Assembly (NCBI GenBank): GCA_037379345.1
Contig: CM074518.1
Coordinates: forward strand, 48,821,586-48,885,585
Origin: Perna viridis
Taxonomy: Eukaryota
Reading direction: 5' to 3'
DNA length: 64,000 nucleotides
The notes beneath the pieces were generated by a model. The model searched no databases. It saw nothing but the letters and a program-made list of their open reading frames with translations, and was not told the origin of the DNA. This document shows positions 37,471 to 51,800 of the stretch, in pieces. How positions within the stretch are numbered: the first letter of the stretch is position 1; each line of letters begins with the position of its first letter. Position numbers and translations under genes: made by a program.

Positions 37471-40429
37471 TACTGTATCATTGTAACCAAAGATCTCAAT
37501 GTCATACAATAAAAACTGTCCACACTGAACCATGAAAACCAGTCACTGTAAAGTATTTTAATATTAGTTTTTAATTTATTTTCAGCATTGGATGATCGAA
37601 CATAATAATTCTCAACCGATAGAATAGTATAGTCCAAAATGGGTTCGGTTTACACCAGATTCACTGTAGTTTAATATTTTAGATAGTTTTCTAATGTTGG
37701 ATAATCTGGTCTTCGTTTAGTTTTTTATTTATTTTCTTTTTTATTTACATGGTTTGATCGTGATGTTATGTTGGAACATCTGGTGGTTTTGTCTACCGAC
37801 GTGTTCTCATCATGCTGTTACTAGTAAGAGCATCTGATCGTTTTATATAGAAACATTTTGTAAGATAAGGATAGGTTTTCAAGTAATGACAATGTTCGGC
37901 GTATAACAGTGACTAGGTAGGTCCTTATTTGTAACCATTAATCGAACTAAAAAAAATCTGTGAACAAAATGCTCACTAAATTGATACCCCCACTCCTCCA
38001 TTTACCTTTTACCCTCCAAATTGATGTGGTTTAAAATCTGACAAAGATTCGAGAGTGCACCATGAAATTAATATATAATCAAGATTCTATGAAAATTGCA
38101 TATAAAATTCCATTCAGTTGTGTACAATGAGTTACGGATGCCCAAATATTCAAAACTGCCTACGTCCATGTTTTGCTATATGATACCTCCAAAGTGATTC
38201 GGATCGAAATTTGAAAAAGGAGGTGCACAAAGAGAATATGTTACAGCAATTATGTGAGAATTTATTGTAAATAGGAACAATTTGCAAAAAAAAAAAAGTG
38301 AATAAGTTCATGTAAAATTGAATGATTTTTTAATGCGACCTTTCAATGCTACATTTGATTCATTGTTACTGATTGAAGTATGCCAGCAAGGATTTTCATG
38401 AGAATCCAGTGAAAAACAAATTTTTAAAATCGGACCGCAAATTAAAAAAAAAGTTTTTTGGGCGTGTCCCAGCTATTGCCTCCTATATCCTGAAAAAAAT
38501 GAAAATGCCATATAAAATGAGTATAAAATATTTGTTAAATATTTTGTAAGAAAATAAAAACAAATAAAAAGAATTGTAAAAAAAACTGAATGAACCAAAT
38601 TTAAATAAACATATATTTTATGTTCCTTTGTTCAGAACGATATGACCCAGTGACCCCATTTTATCCCCCTTTGTTCAGAACGGTATAACCCAGTGACCCC
38701 ATTTTAAATATCAAGCTTCCTACAGCTATAGTTGTAAGTAATTTTTTTTTAATTTCATGATATTTGGTTACTAGCTGCACAACGTTGCTAACATAACGAA
38801 CGAAAACGAGAAAAAAAAGATCTGCAGCATTATAACATTTACTGCGCATATCATTAAAATACGCTAATGCCATTGGATAAGCGACTTTATAAATAATATT
38901 TAACGAGTCGGTGAAACTTATTGTTTTCTGTATTGTCTATTTTTTATGTATTTCTGACGATAAAATAGAAATGAAATATAAAAGAAATCCATAAAAAAAT
39001 AGCAAAAAACCCGGAATTTTTACCCTTTCCGATTGCCATTGGTTACATGTATACGGACTACTGCCTAGAGTTTATCATTTAAATAATTCTATTATTCTTC
39101 TTCATATATACATAAACTACAACAGAAATAAAGAAATTGATTATACGTTACACAAATGCACAAGCAAATGACTGCTAGCAGTTAACTGACATGCCAGCTC
39201 CAGACCAGTTTGAATGCACAAGAGTACGTCTGTCCTCAGAAACTACCGTTTAAGGTAATCAATTTTTTTATCGATCTAGTTAACAACCAAAAACAAGTTT
39301 TTTATCAAACCGATTAGCTTTGATAAATATAAGCAAATCGTTTAGATTTTATAAATGTAAGTATTATAGACAAAATAATACTTAAGAAAGTCATGAAACA
39401 TTTAGGGCAAATACCTTCTGTTACCGAATTTACCTGTTACCAAATAGACCACAAATCTACATATTGCCATTAGTAACTGAATACACGTATTTATTTGATA
39501 GTCCATGCCAATAAAAGTAAAATTCCTCATTTTATTGCATTTGACAGTATGTAGAACAATAAATAATTAATACGAAACTAGCAATTTAAAAATCCTTTCT
39601 CTGTATACATGTTAACTTCCTGTCAGACAGAAATCGGGTTCTCGGTGCTTCTAAGGTCAAAGGTTAAGTTTGTATTGATTGATTACAGTTACATGTACGA
39701 GGATGATCCAAATTGATGTCGAAAATCAAAGATAAAGGGAAATACTATTAAAGGATTGATGGCTGACCAAAAATGTACGTAATGCATTCTGGAAATATAC
39801 ATGTGCATAAATAACCAACGTATCCTCCAAGATGTAACGTTTAATTCTTGCATTGTTCATGATCAAAGTGATGAAAAAAATGAAACGCGAAATTCTTTTA
39901 TCTGTTTCACTTAACATGTATTGATCACCTTAATTTATTGAAGTATTATCGTCATTTTATGGTCACATCTTGTAAAATAACAAAAGTCTTTGACGTAAGA
40001 AATTGGTGACTATTTTGTTTGCTTACTAAGTTAGGTAATTAAATCATCGTAATATTGACTGAACAATGAGTGTAATCATTATTATTATTATCATATAAAT
40101 TCATTTTAATCATTATTATTACATAATATTTGCATGGCCTACTATCTGGTTATACAATTACTGTAAGCGATTTACACTCTCTTTCAAAAAAGCTCACCAG
40201 AGTTTATGTTGTCTGTTATTATTTGCACCGAATCTTAATAAAGTTTTCATATTCGTATGTAAAATACATAAGCAATACATTTACAATATGCCCATATATA
40301 AAAATAAATATTGAACACAACATCATACATAAGAATATTGATCACTGTCGCATAATTTAAAGAAAAAAAAAGCCACGATGAATAAGATCTTTGCTGGTAT
40401 CCCAAATGAATTAAAAAAACTTAAAATGT

Positions 40430-40785
40430 AGACTACCGGGCCTTCTAACTACCGATATTTCAGACTATCAAAACTTCGGACTATCGAATCTTAGGACTGT
40501 CAAAACCTCGGACTATCGAACCTTAGGACTGCCAAAACATCGGACTGTCGAACCTTCGAAATACTGAACATTCTGACTACCACCGAACCTTTTGAATAGT
40601 GAACCTACAGACTACCAAAACTTTCGAACACTCGGACTACCGGACCTTCAGACTATAAGACCTTTAGTCTATAAGACCTTAGCTCTGACTATCGGACCTC
40701 CAAACTATCGAACATTCGGACTATTGGGCCTTTTAACTATCGGACCTTCGGACTATCACAACATTATACTTTTGAACCTTCTTAG
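40430..40785. repeat. Degenerate 8/16-bp periodic array (CGGACTAT-CGGACCTT), left part
   Basis: Repeated ttcggactatcggacc variants. Confidence 0.8.
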
Positions 40786-42719
40786 GTGCACTTTACAGTT
40801 ACATTAAGGTGCACTGTTTCGCACATCAAGTTACCCCCGTCAAATTTTGTAAAACCTAAAATTAAAAGTTGAAATTTGGTGGATATATTGTTTAAATGTT
40901 GTCAAGCATTTATACATAGACAGATGTAATAATATATAATGGTAAACAGGTGTAATTTAAATGAAGAATGGTATTCGGAACGTTTCAGTCCCCTGCCGTA
41001 TTAGGTTCTCTCCTCAGCATCAGATGGCACGAGACCGCAATTAATTTTAAAGTGCATTTCAATATACACATTTGAGCAGATTAAAAAATTCCACCGGCGC
41101 AAACTGAATAATCTTCTCTGGCCTATAGATATGTACAAACAGGATTGTATATATAAATTGTAGAAAATTTTACCATCATTTTCTGAAATTAATACATATA
41201 ATTTGGAGATGGGGTAAACATGACAAATGAACTGAGTTAAAATCCTAATTTTTAACCTTCTTCCACTGAACCAAATCACAACTTTTAGTCAGAATTGATT
41301 AATGAAAAAAAAACCATGTAATTTTAACCTATTTTCTACCAATTAGAGGCAAAACTTCAGCAAATAAGTTTCCAGTAAAAATATGAAAAAACGTAGAAGG
41401 TATACAACGAAAACCAAGGGGAATTAATTGTGTTCTCGTACCAGATGGCTGATTTTCAAAATATCTTATTTCGCACAAACTTTTGGAACTAAAATTGTGA
41501 GAGAATGAATCGAAAAGAGTCTCATTATTTATACCCTTTTCCACCTTTCATCCTGTGGTAGTGTCTAAATGCCTGATTTTTTATAAAACATGTACTCGGA
41601 GTCACATAAATAACATACTGTTAAAATTTGAATAAAATTATTTTCTACGACTTTATTGACACCTACCGTCGTTTAAATTGTCTTAAATGACTTGCACATT
41701 CGTTTAGCCAAACGGCTTCTCCCTAAACAAGTCGCTTATTAGCTTAAATCATGCGTAACAAATCCTTACGGGAAAATCCCATACTAATATCCGCCATGTT
41801 GGTTTCTACGTGACGATTTGTTTACAAACGAAGTTCGTAAGTTCCCGTCGAACTCCGGTGACAATCGTCTGCTTGATCAACTTCTCGGTATTGTACGTTG
41901 TTCGCGTAAAATAAATCCGAAATATCCGAAATAACGCCGAAATGCATTCTGGGTTCTTCGGTTTTTGGACAAACCATTTAAACGTTAAACAACATCTCCT
42001 AGCAACCCGATCACTGTAAACATGGCCGACTTTTTACAATGTAAATATTTTTTTCAGTATGTTACCATGGCTACTGGATTTCACAACAATAACCACTTAT
42101 AAATGACATGAACCCCCACACACCAAGGATTTAAAAAAAATGCACTTTTTTTGTGACAAAACACTAGAAATTTCTGTGCGGACTGCCTGAGAACAGGTTT
42201 ATTTCAATAAAATGAAACCAAATTTTCAGAAATGACCTAACTGTATTGTACTACCTTATGGCAAGTTTTTAGGAACCCTAGATCTGAAAAAAATAGGATT
42301 GTCACCATAGAAACCCCAATTTCTTGTGCAGGTTAAGGTGCACCGAGTAAGAAAATGTAGTTTGTATGAAGAAATATAATTGTGTAGTGCAAATAAGTCC
42401 TTAGCAACCAAATTTTCTGTTGTTTCATCATTTCAAATGCGATGTCATAGAAGATATTCTTGTATCTTCTTGCAATATGTGCTATTCTTACCACTTTTGA
42501 GTAAAAAATGTTACTTCTTTAGCTTATAATAAATAAAATGAATAACCGAACGAACTTTTTCTGTGCAAATAAGTATTGCAATGAAAGTCAAAACAAGCCT
42601 TTAAGTACCAGTCTTAACTTTAGGGAAAACTCCATGATTTTCTGTACTTTCATCCTCATATGTTATTTTTTTTGAGTATGAAAATCAATGATGAGATGAA
42701 AACATCAAATAAATACTGT

Positions 42720-43080
42720 TTTCGGACTTTGAATATTTTGACTACCAGACTACTGAACATTCGGACTATCGTACTACCGGACCTTCGGACTATCGGACCT
42801 TCGGACTACCGTACCTTCGGACTTCTGAACATTCGGTCTACAGGAATTTTGAACAGCCGGACTTTCGGTCTACTGAAAATTCGGACAACTGAATATTCGG
42901 ACTTCGGACCTTCGGGCTACCGGACCTTCGGACTACTGGACTCTAGGAGAACTAAACATTCAGACTACCGGACCTTTGGACTACTGAACATCCGGACTAC
43001 CGGACCTTTGTACGTCTAAATATTCGGATTAACGGACTTTCCGAATATCGGGCTTTCTGACTACTGAAGAGTTGGACTAC
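42720..43080. repeat. Degenerate 8/16-bp periodic array, right part, same orientation as 40430-40785
   Basis: Accounts for the repetitive ORF 42660..43019. Confidence 0.8.
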
Positions 43081-44879
43081 AGCACAAAGAATAAAGGGCG
43101 GACAAATTTTCCCATAAAAAGTTCAATTCAGCGGTGTAGTTAGTGTGTCAGTAACGGATAAGATATGGACCCCTCTATGTAAGGGAAGTAAGGTAGAGAG
43201 GAAGTTTGGATGGACGAGAGGAATGGAGGACGGACGAATGGACTCCCCTATCACTATATACAAATGTATAACGCACTTTCAAGTGGCGTGTAATTACATG
43301 CATTCTTTCAACCCTGTCATTGAATCAATAGAATTATTGAAAAAAAAATAGATTTCGAAAAAAAAATCTGTAATTCGGATTTATCCCCGTAACGGTTGCA
43401 CTTCAAGGAAAAGGACACACATTTACGGACATTGTTAAAGCTTATAGTGTTTTAAGAAGGAGTCGATTCATGAAGTTGTGACACATATTGTTTTACTTCT
43501 TTCTTTATAATTTTTATTTCGTCTTTCTGATCTGCATTATTTCTCTGGCTCAATGGAATAAAACTATACTTGGATCATTACAAAAATGTGTTATTTTCTT
43601 AATTTTTCGAATTCATAAAGGGCGGACCGGAGCCGCGTCTTGGATCCGCCTATGCATTTGCAGTTTTGCAACGTCATATTAAGAAACATGGCTGCCATTT
43701 CAAAACTTTCGATAAAGTCATCAAAAAGTAGGAAAAAAATCGTAGAAAGTTCATACTTGGTTTAAATATAGGCGACAATATGGGCTTCAGATTGGTCACA
43801 TTTAAATCTAAAAAAATTGCCGCCATTTTGAGATGGCTTTGGTCAAATATTAGATTTTAGCCTTAGAAACTGATTTCAAGTGCTCCTGGGACATTGAGGA
43901 GCTGGGGCAACACTTCGTTATGCTGTATGCGACTATTATATCTATATTTGTAGTTTTCATTTGTTTCTTTTTACGTAATTTGTTAAGGCATTAATAAAAT
44001 CACATTCAAATATGATATGTAAATCTAACACAAACAATTCATGAAAAAAAAACATTGAAACATGGGAGTTTCTTTTTCGTTAAAATATGTCTTAAACTGA
44101 TTTCTATCATCCAATACATGGTACAAGTATTCAGATTAATAAAGGAGCATCAATAATTGATATGATTCTTGAAGCATGTCGGCGTGTTGTTTTATTCAAA
44201 TGATTCGCATACATGTACCAATACAAGCTAGCTACAATCATTTAGAAATTGCATCTTAGTTAATGGGTTGGAGCATTGAGTCTGAACCGTTATGTTGTCC
44301 ACGTGGTAGCAAGAAATGTAAGTATTATATATTATTATTCTTTGAAATGATAGTTAGAGTAAAAGATATGAGGAAAGTGGCGACGAGACGACACCCCGTG
44401 TAGCGAATGGAAAAAAATACATAAGAATTCTGTGAAGTAAATAATACCTCAATGACTAAAAATGTAACAAATAAACACCGTCAAGCAACCAAAAGAAGAA
44501 TTATTACCTAATTATAAGGTTTTATCTTGTTTATTAAATATACTCATATTTTCTCTATTTTCAAAATTTTTCAGGACAGGGCGATCTATTGCACTGTCGA
44601 TGTACTATTGCACGGTGCAATAGTCTCCTTGAGAAGTCTATTGCACTGACCCCATAATGACCTTTATCTAAGCCTTTTGATTGGTTGAACTTTTTAAGCG
44701 CTTCATTGAATTGGAATTACACACAAAAAACTCGAGTGTAAAAACTTAGATGTGACTCTTGTCTGCCAATTCGTAAATATGGACCGGTCAGTTTCCTATT
44801 CCTGGTCGAATGATTGTCTCTTTGACATATTCCCCATTGCCATTCTTTATTATATCTCATAGACAAATGAGGTAATAAA

Positions 44880-45046
44880 ACAGTTATTAAATGGGTTGGA
44901 TGCAATAGACCAGAACATTTGTCCTTTGGTACAGAGAATGATCAAGTGTTCCATTGCACTCGGCCATTGCAATAGAACACTTGATCATTCTCAGTACCTC
45001 TGGACAAATATTCTGGTCTATTGCATCCAACCCATTTAATAACTGT
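44880..45046. mobile_element. 167-bp near-perfect palindromic MITE
   Basis: ACAGTTATTAAATGGGTTGGATGCAATAGACCAGAA... pairs with ...TTCTGGTCTATTGCATCCAACCCATTTAATAACTGT; about 79-bp arms with about 6 mismatches. Confidence 0.8.
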
Positions 45047-46029
45047 ATACTATTATAGTTTAAGCTCAGACAAGCCCCTCACTGTAAATAAATGAAATTG
45101 TACAAAATATTTTTTTCCGCCTTTGAACTATTTTTACTGGCTTATAACATATTTAATGGGCCATTCAAATGCTAAATATATGTACATGTATGTAGCTTCA
45201 CAAACACTACATGTAAGTCGATAGTATCTTAAAGAAATAAAATGAGAATGGGAGTGTCAGCTTGATTTCTCAAAAATTGATAAATAACATGATTTAAAAT
45301 TATATAAATGGTCATAATGTTGATATATCCTCATTTGAATTATTTTGGACTTCCTCGGATAAGGTGCACGCGAATTCGTGTCAGTGATTAAATAATTAAA
45401 TTTAGAAGTGTTCACACATACATTGTATTAAGTACAGCATTGCCTTACTACCAGACAGAAGCTTACTTGTATCTTAATCCAAAAAAAAATCTTTAGATTG
45501 GAAATCCTTCATTCGGCTTCATAGAAACTGTATTCGACAATAAGTGTGCAAATGTAAGAACAATGTAGGTCACTGGAGATACTAACGCTAAAGGTTTGGT
45601 CAAGTTCTACTATAGAAAAGTACTGCAAAATGTCCTGCCAGCTGCCAGACTTTTTACACCAACAATCATAAATCATGCCATGATATATAGCAGATTCAAG
45701 GAAATGAACACAGGAAGAGATGTTTTTGGGGAAGTAACAGTTGTGTTTGAACAGTTTCATTGATTATCTTTTGATGAATCACACTTTGCCTGGTTTTAAG
45801 GTAAGAGCTGTACTTAATTCGCAATGTCTAATAAATAAAGCTATTTATCATTATAGGATTGTTACTCTTATCATTCATTCTTATTCGTAGTTGAATTGCG
45901 CCAAAAAATATAATCATTTTGCGCACAAATACAGATAAATTTTGCAATTATCTTAATATCATAATAATGACGGTACATATTGTAAATACGGAAATTATTT
46001 AATATAACTATATATTAGTCATTGTCAAT

Positions 46030-47950
46030 TACATGTAAATTAAAGCAAAGAAGCTTTGTTTCCGACTAAAAATAACTATAGCAATTTATTGTCCAGGAAA
46101 CAGCGACCACGAAGTAATACAATTTGAATTTGACTTTGGAACTACAGAAGTAGTACAAAACAAAGGCAACTATGATGCTATAAACAACCAATTAGCAGAT
46201 ACGAACTGGGATTTAGAACTGGCAAATGGAAGAGTAATCAAGGGAACCAAGGTTATAGCGGTAATCAAAAGAATGTAATCCGGGGACAAAGACCAGACAA
46301 GGAAAACAGACAAACACAACAAAGAACACAAAGCAACTAAAATCATACATACAAAGTAACAAAAGTAAATGAGCAACTCGGAATCCACCAAAAACTTGGA
46401 GCATGGACCAGGTGCAACGGTAGGGTAAGCGTCCGTAAGAGATATCCATAAAAATTTAGGATGGATTTGCCGATAAAATATCAAATACTTACAAAGAAAT
46501 CACACCAGAGCGCAAATCTAGACCATTATCTTTTGATACTCCCTGGATGAACGAGGAAGGAAAAGAAGCAGTAATAACAAAGCGTAGACTATGGAAAAAA
46601 ATTATATACTGTAAGAATTCTGAAAACAAAGATAGATATGAATCCGCTAAAGGAGTATCAAGCAACCTTGTGCGATGGGCAAAACACGATTATGAGCACT
46701 CAATCGCAACTGAAATAAAGGACGACAGTAAGATCTTTTGGAAATATATCCAATCTAAAACAAAAACAAAGGAAAACATTCCAGGCATTGATGATAATGG
46801 AAAACTACATACCAATGACCAAGAGAAGGCAGAGCTTCTTAACAGTTTTTTTAAAAGTGTATTTACAAATGAAGATCCGGATCAAGTGATCCCACCATTC
46901 CCCAATAGAACTGACCGGAAAATCGATAGCATAATATTCAATAAGGATAAAATCCAAGATCACCTAAAAAGAATGAAAGAATCCAAATCTCCAGGACCTG
47001 ATCAATTACATCCAAAATATCTGAAAGAGACAGCTAGGAATCTAGTAGAATCCCAAGTCAACAGAAACTATGAAAATACCTACCAGTTGGAGAATGGACA
47101 ATGTGTTTCCTATCCACAAAATGGGCTCCAAAACTACAGTATCAAACTACCGTCCAACAGTTTGACTTCTGTTATCTGCAAAACCATGGACAAATTTGTG
47201 AGAGACGAACTAATGGAACACATGGAGAGTAACAATCTCTTTACTGACCATCAACATGGCTTCAGGAAGGACAGGTCATGTATTACTCAACTAATAGAGG
47301 TACTTGATGAATGGACAGAAAAACTAGACAGCTCACATGCAATAGATACAATTTATTTGGATTTTCAAAAGGCATTCGACACAGTGCTACATAAACGACT
47401 CATAAGAAAGTTAAAAAGTTATGGCATCACTGGTAATCTATTGGGGTAGATTAGAAATCAGAAAACAAAAAAATAGTTCTAAATGGAAGCCACTCAGAAT
47501 GGTCACAAGTCACTAGCGGTATACCACAAGGAAGTGTTCTGGGACCTATCCTATTTTCAATCTACATAAATGACCTACCAAATGTAGTTAAAAATATTGC
47601 AAAACTCTTTGTAGACGACACCACACTGTATGCAGTAGTCAACAATGCTGAAGAAGGTCAAACATCACATGGAGATATTTGAGATCAGATATTGTGGAAA
47701 CATATAGAATAATAAATAATATTGACTAACTCGATAGCAAAATTTTAATTCCAATTAGACCAACAACAACCAGAGGGCATAGCTTCAAAATATACAAGAA
47801 ATATTCTAGGACCAATATAAGGGAATACAGTTTCTCACAATGAATAGTAGATATATGGAACAATCTGCCAAATACTGTTGTGGAAAGCAAGTCAGTAAAC
47901 TTCAATAAACATTGGAATAACCTCGTAATAAAATTTACGCCAGATGTATA
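46030..47950 (+). mobile_element. Decayed CR1-type LINE (RT), interrupted by an insertion at 46229-46440
   Basis: ORF 46547..47449 has KSPGPDQLHP, QHGFRKDRSC, YLDFQKAFDTV; downstream GIPQGSVLGP, LFVDD and TRGHSFK...WNNLP remnants. Confidence 0.9.
46229..46440 (-). mobile_element. Well-preserved copy of the PLE-tail-derived short repeat, nested in the LINE
   Basis: Breaks the LINE frame after NWDLELANG; matches 14990-15103, 28139-28175 and 31645-31715. Confidence 0.7.
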
Positions 47951-47959
47951 TGGAAAGGT

Positions 47960-48560
47960 AATGAAATTGCTTGATCTTGTTTTTCTGACCTAGTTAAAAA
48001 TAATATTTTTTTGTTAAGTACACGAAAGCTAAATATTGTATCACAATAAAATTGGGTGTCTAGAACCTTGTATAATAATCTTCCCATTGAAAGTGGGCGT
48101 CTAGGACCTAAAATAATAACCTTCCCATTGAAAGTGGGCGTAGGCAATTCGCAAAATCTAAGTAAAGAAAATAGAAAATGTCATTTATGTATGTCGGGAC
48201 TTATTGGTGGTGAGTCCCATTATTTGTATAACTGTATAATTTTCCTTTGATAGTGACAGAAATACACTACTCGTAGAAAAATTTGTTAAAAGACTTAACA
48301 TTATTAATTCAAAGCTTTAATTAATAGCTCATCACCTTCTGTTCTTACTAGTTTGTACGTGTTTACCTATGCAACAAACTTCGAAGATGCTGTCTTCATG
48401 GTAGTTCCATTAATTTATGTATTATATTAACTCTCAACATTACCAAGACATGTTATGTACACACTAATCAATTCCTTATACAAGTGTACATATGACTTGT
48501 ATCTATGTAAATTGTATCGAATTTGTTCTCTGTACCGTTGTATTATGGTGTTGGAGTAAT
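47960..48560 (+). mobile_element. RTE-X-like LINE 3' fragment
   Basis: LPIESGR...RKCHLC...GESHYLYNC zinc-knuckle-like C-terminus in ORF 48056..48250, with a small internal duplication. Confidence 0.55.
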
Positions 48561-48856
48561 AATGATACAGGCGAAGGTTTTTTGTTAGATATATTTTTAA
48601 TTTATCTTTATTTATTTTCATTTAGTTGATTTTAGAAAAAGTGTGCAAAATTTTTGCAATTTTAATGCCTGATCACCCCCCCCCCGTTTTATTGTTTCTC
48701 CCCTATTACACCTGTCTGGACCCGTTCTTGCATTATGTGTAAATAAATACAAGTTGTACAAGTACATGTATGTGTAATTTTGTTCATTGTATACAATTGT
48801 ATAGCTACTTGTATGAGAGGTATACGTACATATAAATATCATGCCTTATTTACTTA

Positions 48857-51800
48857 GTTTAAAAATATTTTATTTGTCAAATAACAAAAAGGACACAAAT
48901 AAATTCATACTTATGAAGTCCTCTCCACAATACAGTGTATGTATATATAACAGAAGTACATAAATCAAGGTACAAGAACGTGCGCTCATTTTCTATTATA
49001 AATTCACAAGAGAAATGTATACAAAAGGGTCCGATGTTGAAGGTGTGTTTTTGAGACTTATGATTACACGATGAGAAACCGTTTGGATTTTATATATTCA
49101 AATACCGATTTAAATATTCTTACATTTTGATCATATGAAAGTTCGGAACTACCACAGGTAAGCATGTGTATATCTATGGTCATCTCATTAGGTAGTGAGT
49201 GCAGATTGTCAAAAGGTTATATTCTATAATCATTATATTTTCTACATTCAAAGAAAAAATCTTTTACATCTTCATTTTCTGAATCACATCTACAGGCAGG
49301 GTCCGAAATAAGTTTGGCTTTTGTACAGGTCAAAGTTAAGAAATGACGTTGAACATCTCAGTTGAGTTAAGATTATATTCAATTTCTTTGGGCCATAAGA
49401 GTAATGTTTTGGCACTACACGGTCGTACCACCTGGTACCTCTTATTGCATGTTTGAAAACACCATCTGAATTAGAATTTCGTACATTTGGATCAAGACTA
49501 TTACAGTACCTAATTGTTGCTGGAATGAAAGAATTATTTGTAATAGAGAGTCGACAATAAGGTAGAATAAAGTCATCTCCATTACGTAATGGATAAGCGC
49601 TTAATCTTCGGACCTTAGCAGGAGTGAGTTTAGATAAATATTCAGGTGCATCTTGATTTGTATTTTATAAAACATTTGTAACCTTCTATACATGCGTCTT
49701 TCAGCTAAAGATTCCCACCCAATTTCGGAATACTACGTTTCTAATTCAGTAAATACAGTGAAACTTTTCCAAACCGGCCAGCACTGGGACAAGAAAAAAT
49801 GGCCGGTTTATAGGGGTGGCCGGTTTTGTGAAAAATAGCAGTGCATTCTAAGAGCTGTATCCTTTAATGTGTTCTATAACCCTACACCTTGTCAGTTTGT
49901 TGGTCGAGACATGTTTAATGCCAACTCGAATCTTTTGGCCTTTCATTACATTTCAAAGCTTACATCATTTGTAAATGATTTAATTTTACAAACAGAACTG
50001 CGACAAAATAATGTTCACGGTTTTGAAAGATTGTGTATTAAAGATCAAAGGGCTGTTAATTTATGGTTATTAATTATTTGTTTTGTTTTCGTAATTAACC
50101 TATCAACCAAGTCTAATAATTTCACCTCTATGTTGTTTTGGCTTTATTACAGGTGAACAATAACTGGACGGCCGGAATTAAGAGGTTGTTTTTATTTGAA
50201 ATATGTAGCTAAAACTGTGAAAAACCGGCCCAAGTACGGTTTTAGGGGTGGCTGGTCTATTGAAAATAAAACACACAGGTTTTAAGGTAATCGGCCGGGA
50301 CTTTTGAAATCGGCTGGTTTGAAGGGAAGACTGGTTTTCTGATGGTCCGGTTTGGAGAAGTTTCACTGTACTGGGAATCCTGTAACAATATTCGCTGCTT
50401 CCAACTGGAGTTGTTCTAGTTTAGAAGCGTTTTCAGAACCACTGTTATCTAAGACTTCAGAAGCATATTCGAACAAAGGCCTTATATATACTAGATATAT
50501 TTTTTCCAACTTAGTTCTACATAACTGGTATTTCAGTCTTCTCAAAACATTTAGATGCTTCTTTATATTTGTTACAATACTTTCAATATGGAGGTTCAAT
50601 TTTGCGTCGTCACTAAATGTTACTCCGAGGTGCTTATTACAGTTGGTAATGGGAATGTCAACATCGTTGAGAGTAAACGTTATATCTGGAATTCCTACAT
50701 TTGAGAACATTATGGTTTCAGTTTTATCTGGATTGAATGACATTCGCCATTGCTTTGACCAGTCATCCAAATCCTCAAGATCGTGATCAATTACTGTTTT
50801 GATATGGTCATGGCTTTGGTCAGAATAATTAAACGAAGTGTCATCTGCAATTCAATAATCGACATAACGAAGTTAGTTTCACAGAAATGTCTCTTATATA
50901 TATATTACGAATAACAGGGACCTAAAACAGAACCCTGCGGCACACCTGCGGATGTGTTACATATAGGCGACCCAAACGCATTTAAAACAACTCTTTGTTT
51001 CCTTGAATCAAGATAACTCTCAAACCAACGAAATAAATAATTTCTTATGCCATAAGCCTGTAATTTCTTTAGAATCCGATTATGCCAAACTTTATCAGAA
51101 GCTTTAGAAAAATCACAAAAGACAAAACAATTAATTTCTTTCTTTTCCATAGAGTCAAGTATACAGTTATACATTTCAAGAAGTTGATGAACTGTAGAAT
51201 ATTTGGGTAAAAACCCTGATTGGAACTTATATATCAAAGAGTTTGAGACAAGATGATTGTAAACATGCTTGTATATAATCCTTTCCATGACTTTGCCAAC
51301 ACAACTTATAAGCGATATCGGTCGATAATTTGATGGCAATGAATTGTCAACCTTCTTAAATATCGGAATTACATTGGCAATTTTCCATTCAGATGGAAAT
51401 ATGCATTGATGGATAGATTTATTGAATATGATTTGAAGAGGAATTGATATTTTTTTTCTGGACATATTTTGAGCATTTTATGACTTATGCTATCTGGACC
51501 AGATGATTTATTTGGATTTAATATTTTTATAATATCAACTATTTCACTTTCTTCTATATGTAAGGTTTCAATAAAATTTTCTGTTTTATCATCGAAATCT
51601 GGAAGAATTGGAAATTCCTCATCAAGCTTACTTATATTATCATACATATAATCATCACCTTCTGGATTAAAAGCATTATCTCGAAGTGGAGGAATATCAG
51701 ACGGTCCTTTATTTGATTTAATCAACATTTTCATTATTTTCCAAAGGTCTTAGGAGAAGTTGCATTTTCCAAAATCATGTCATCTAAATGTTATTTAAAT

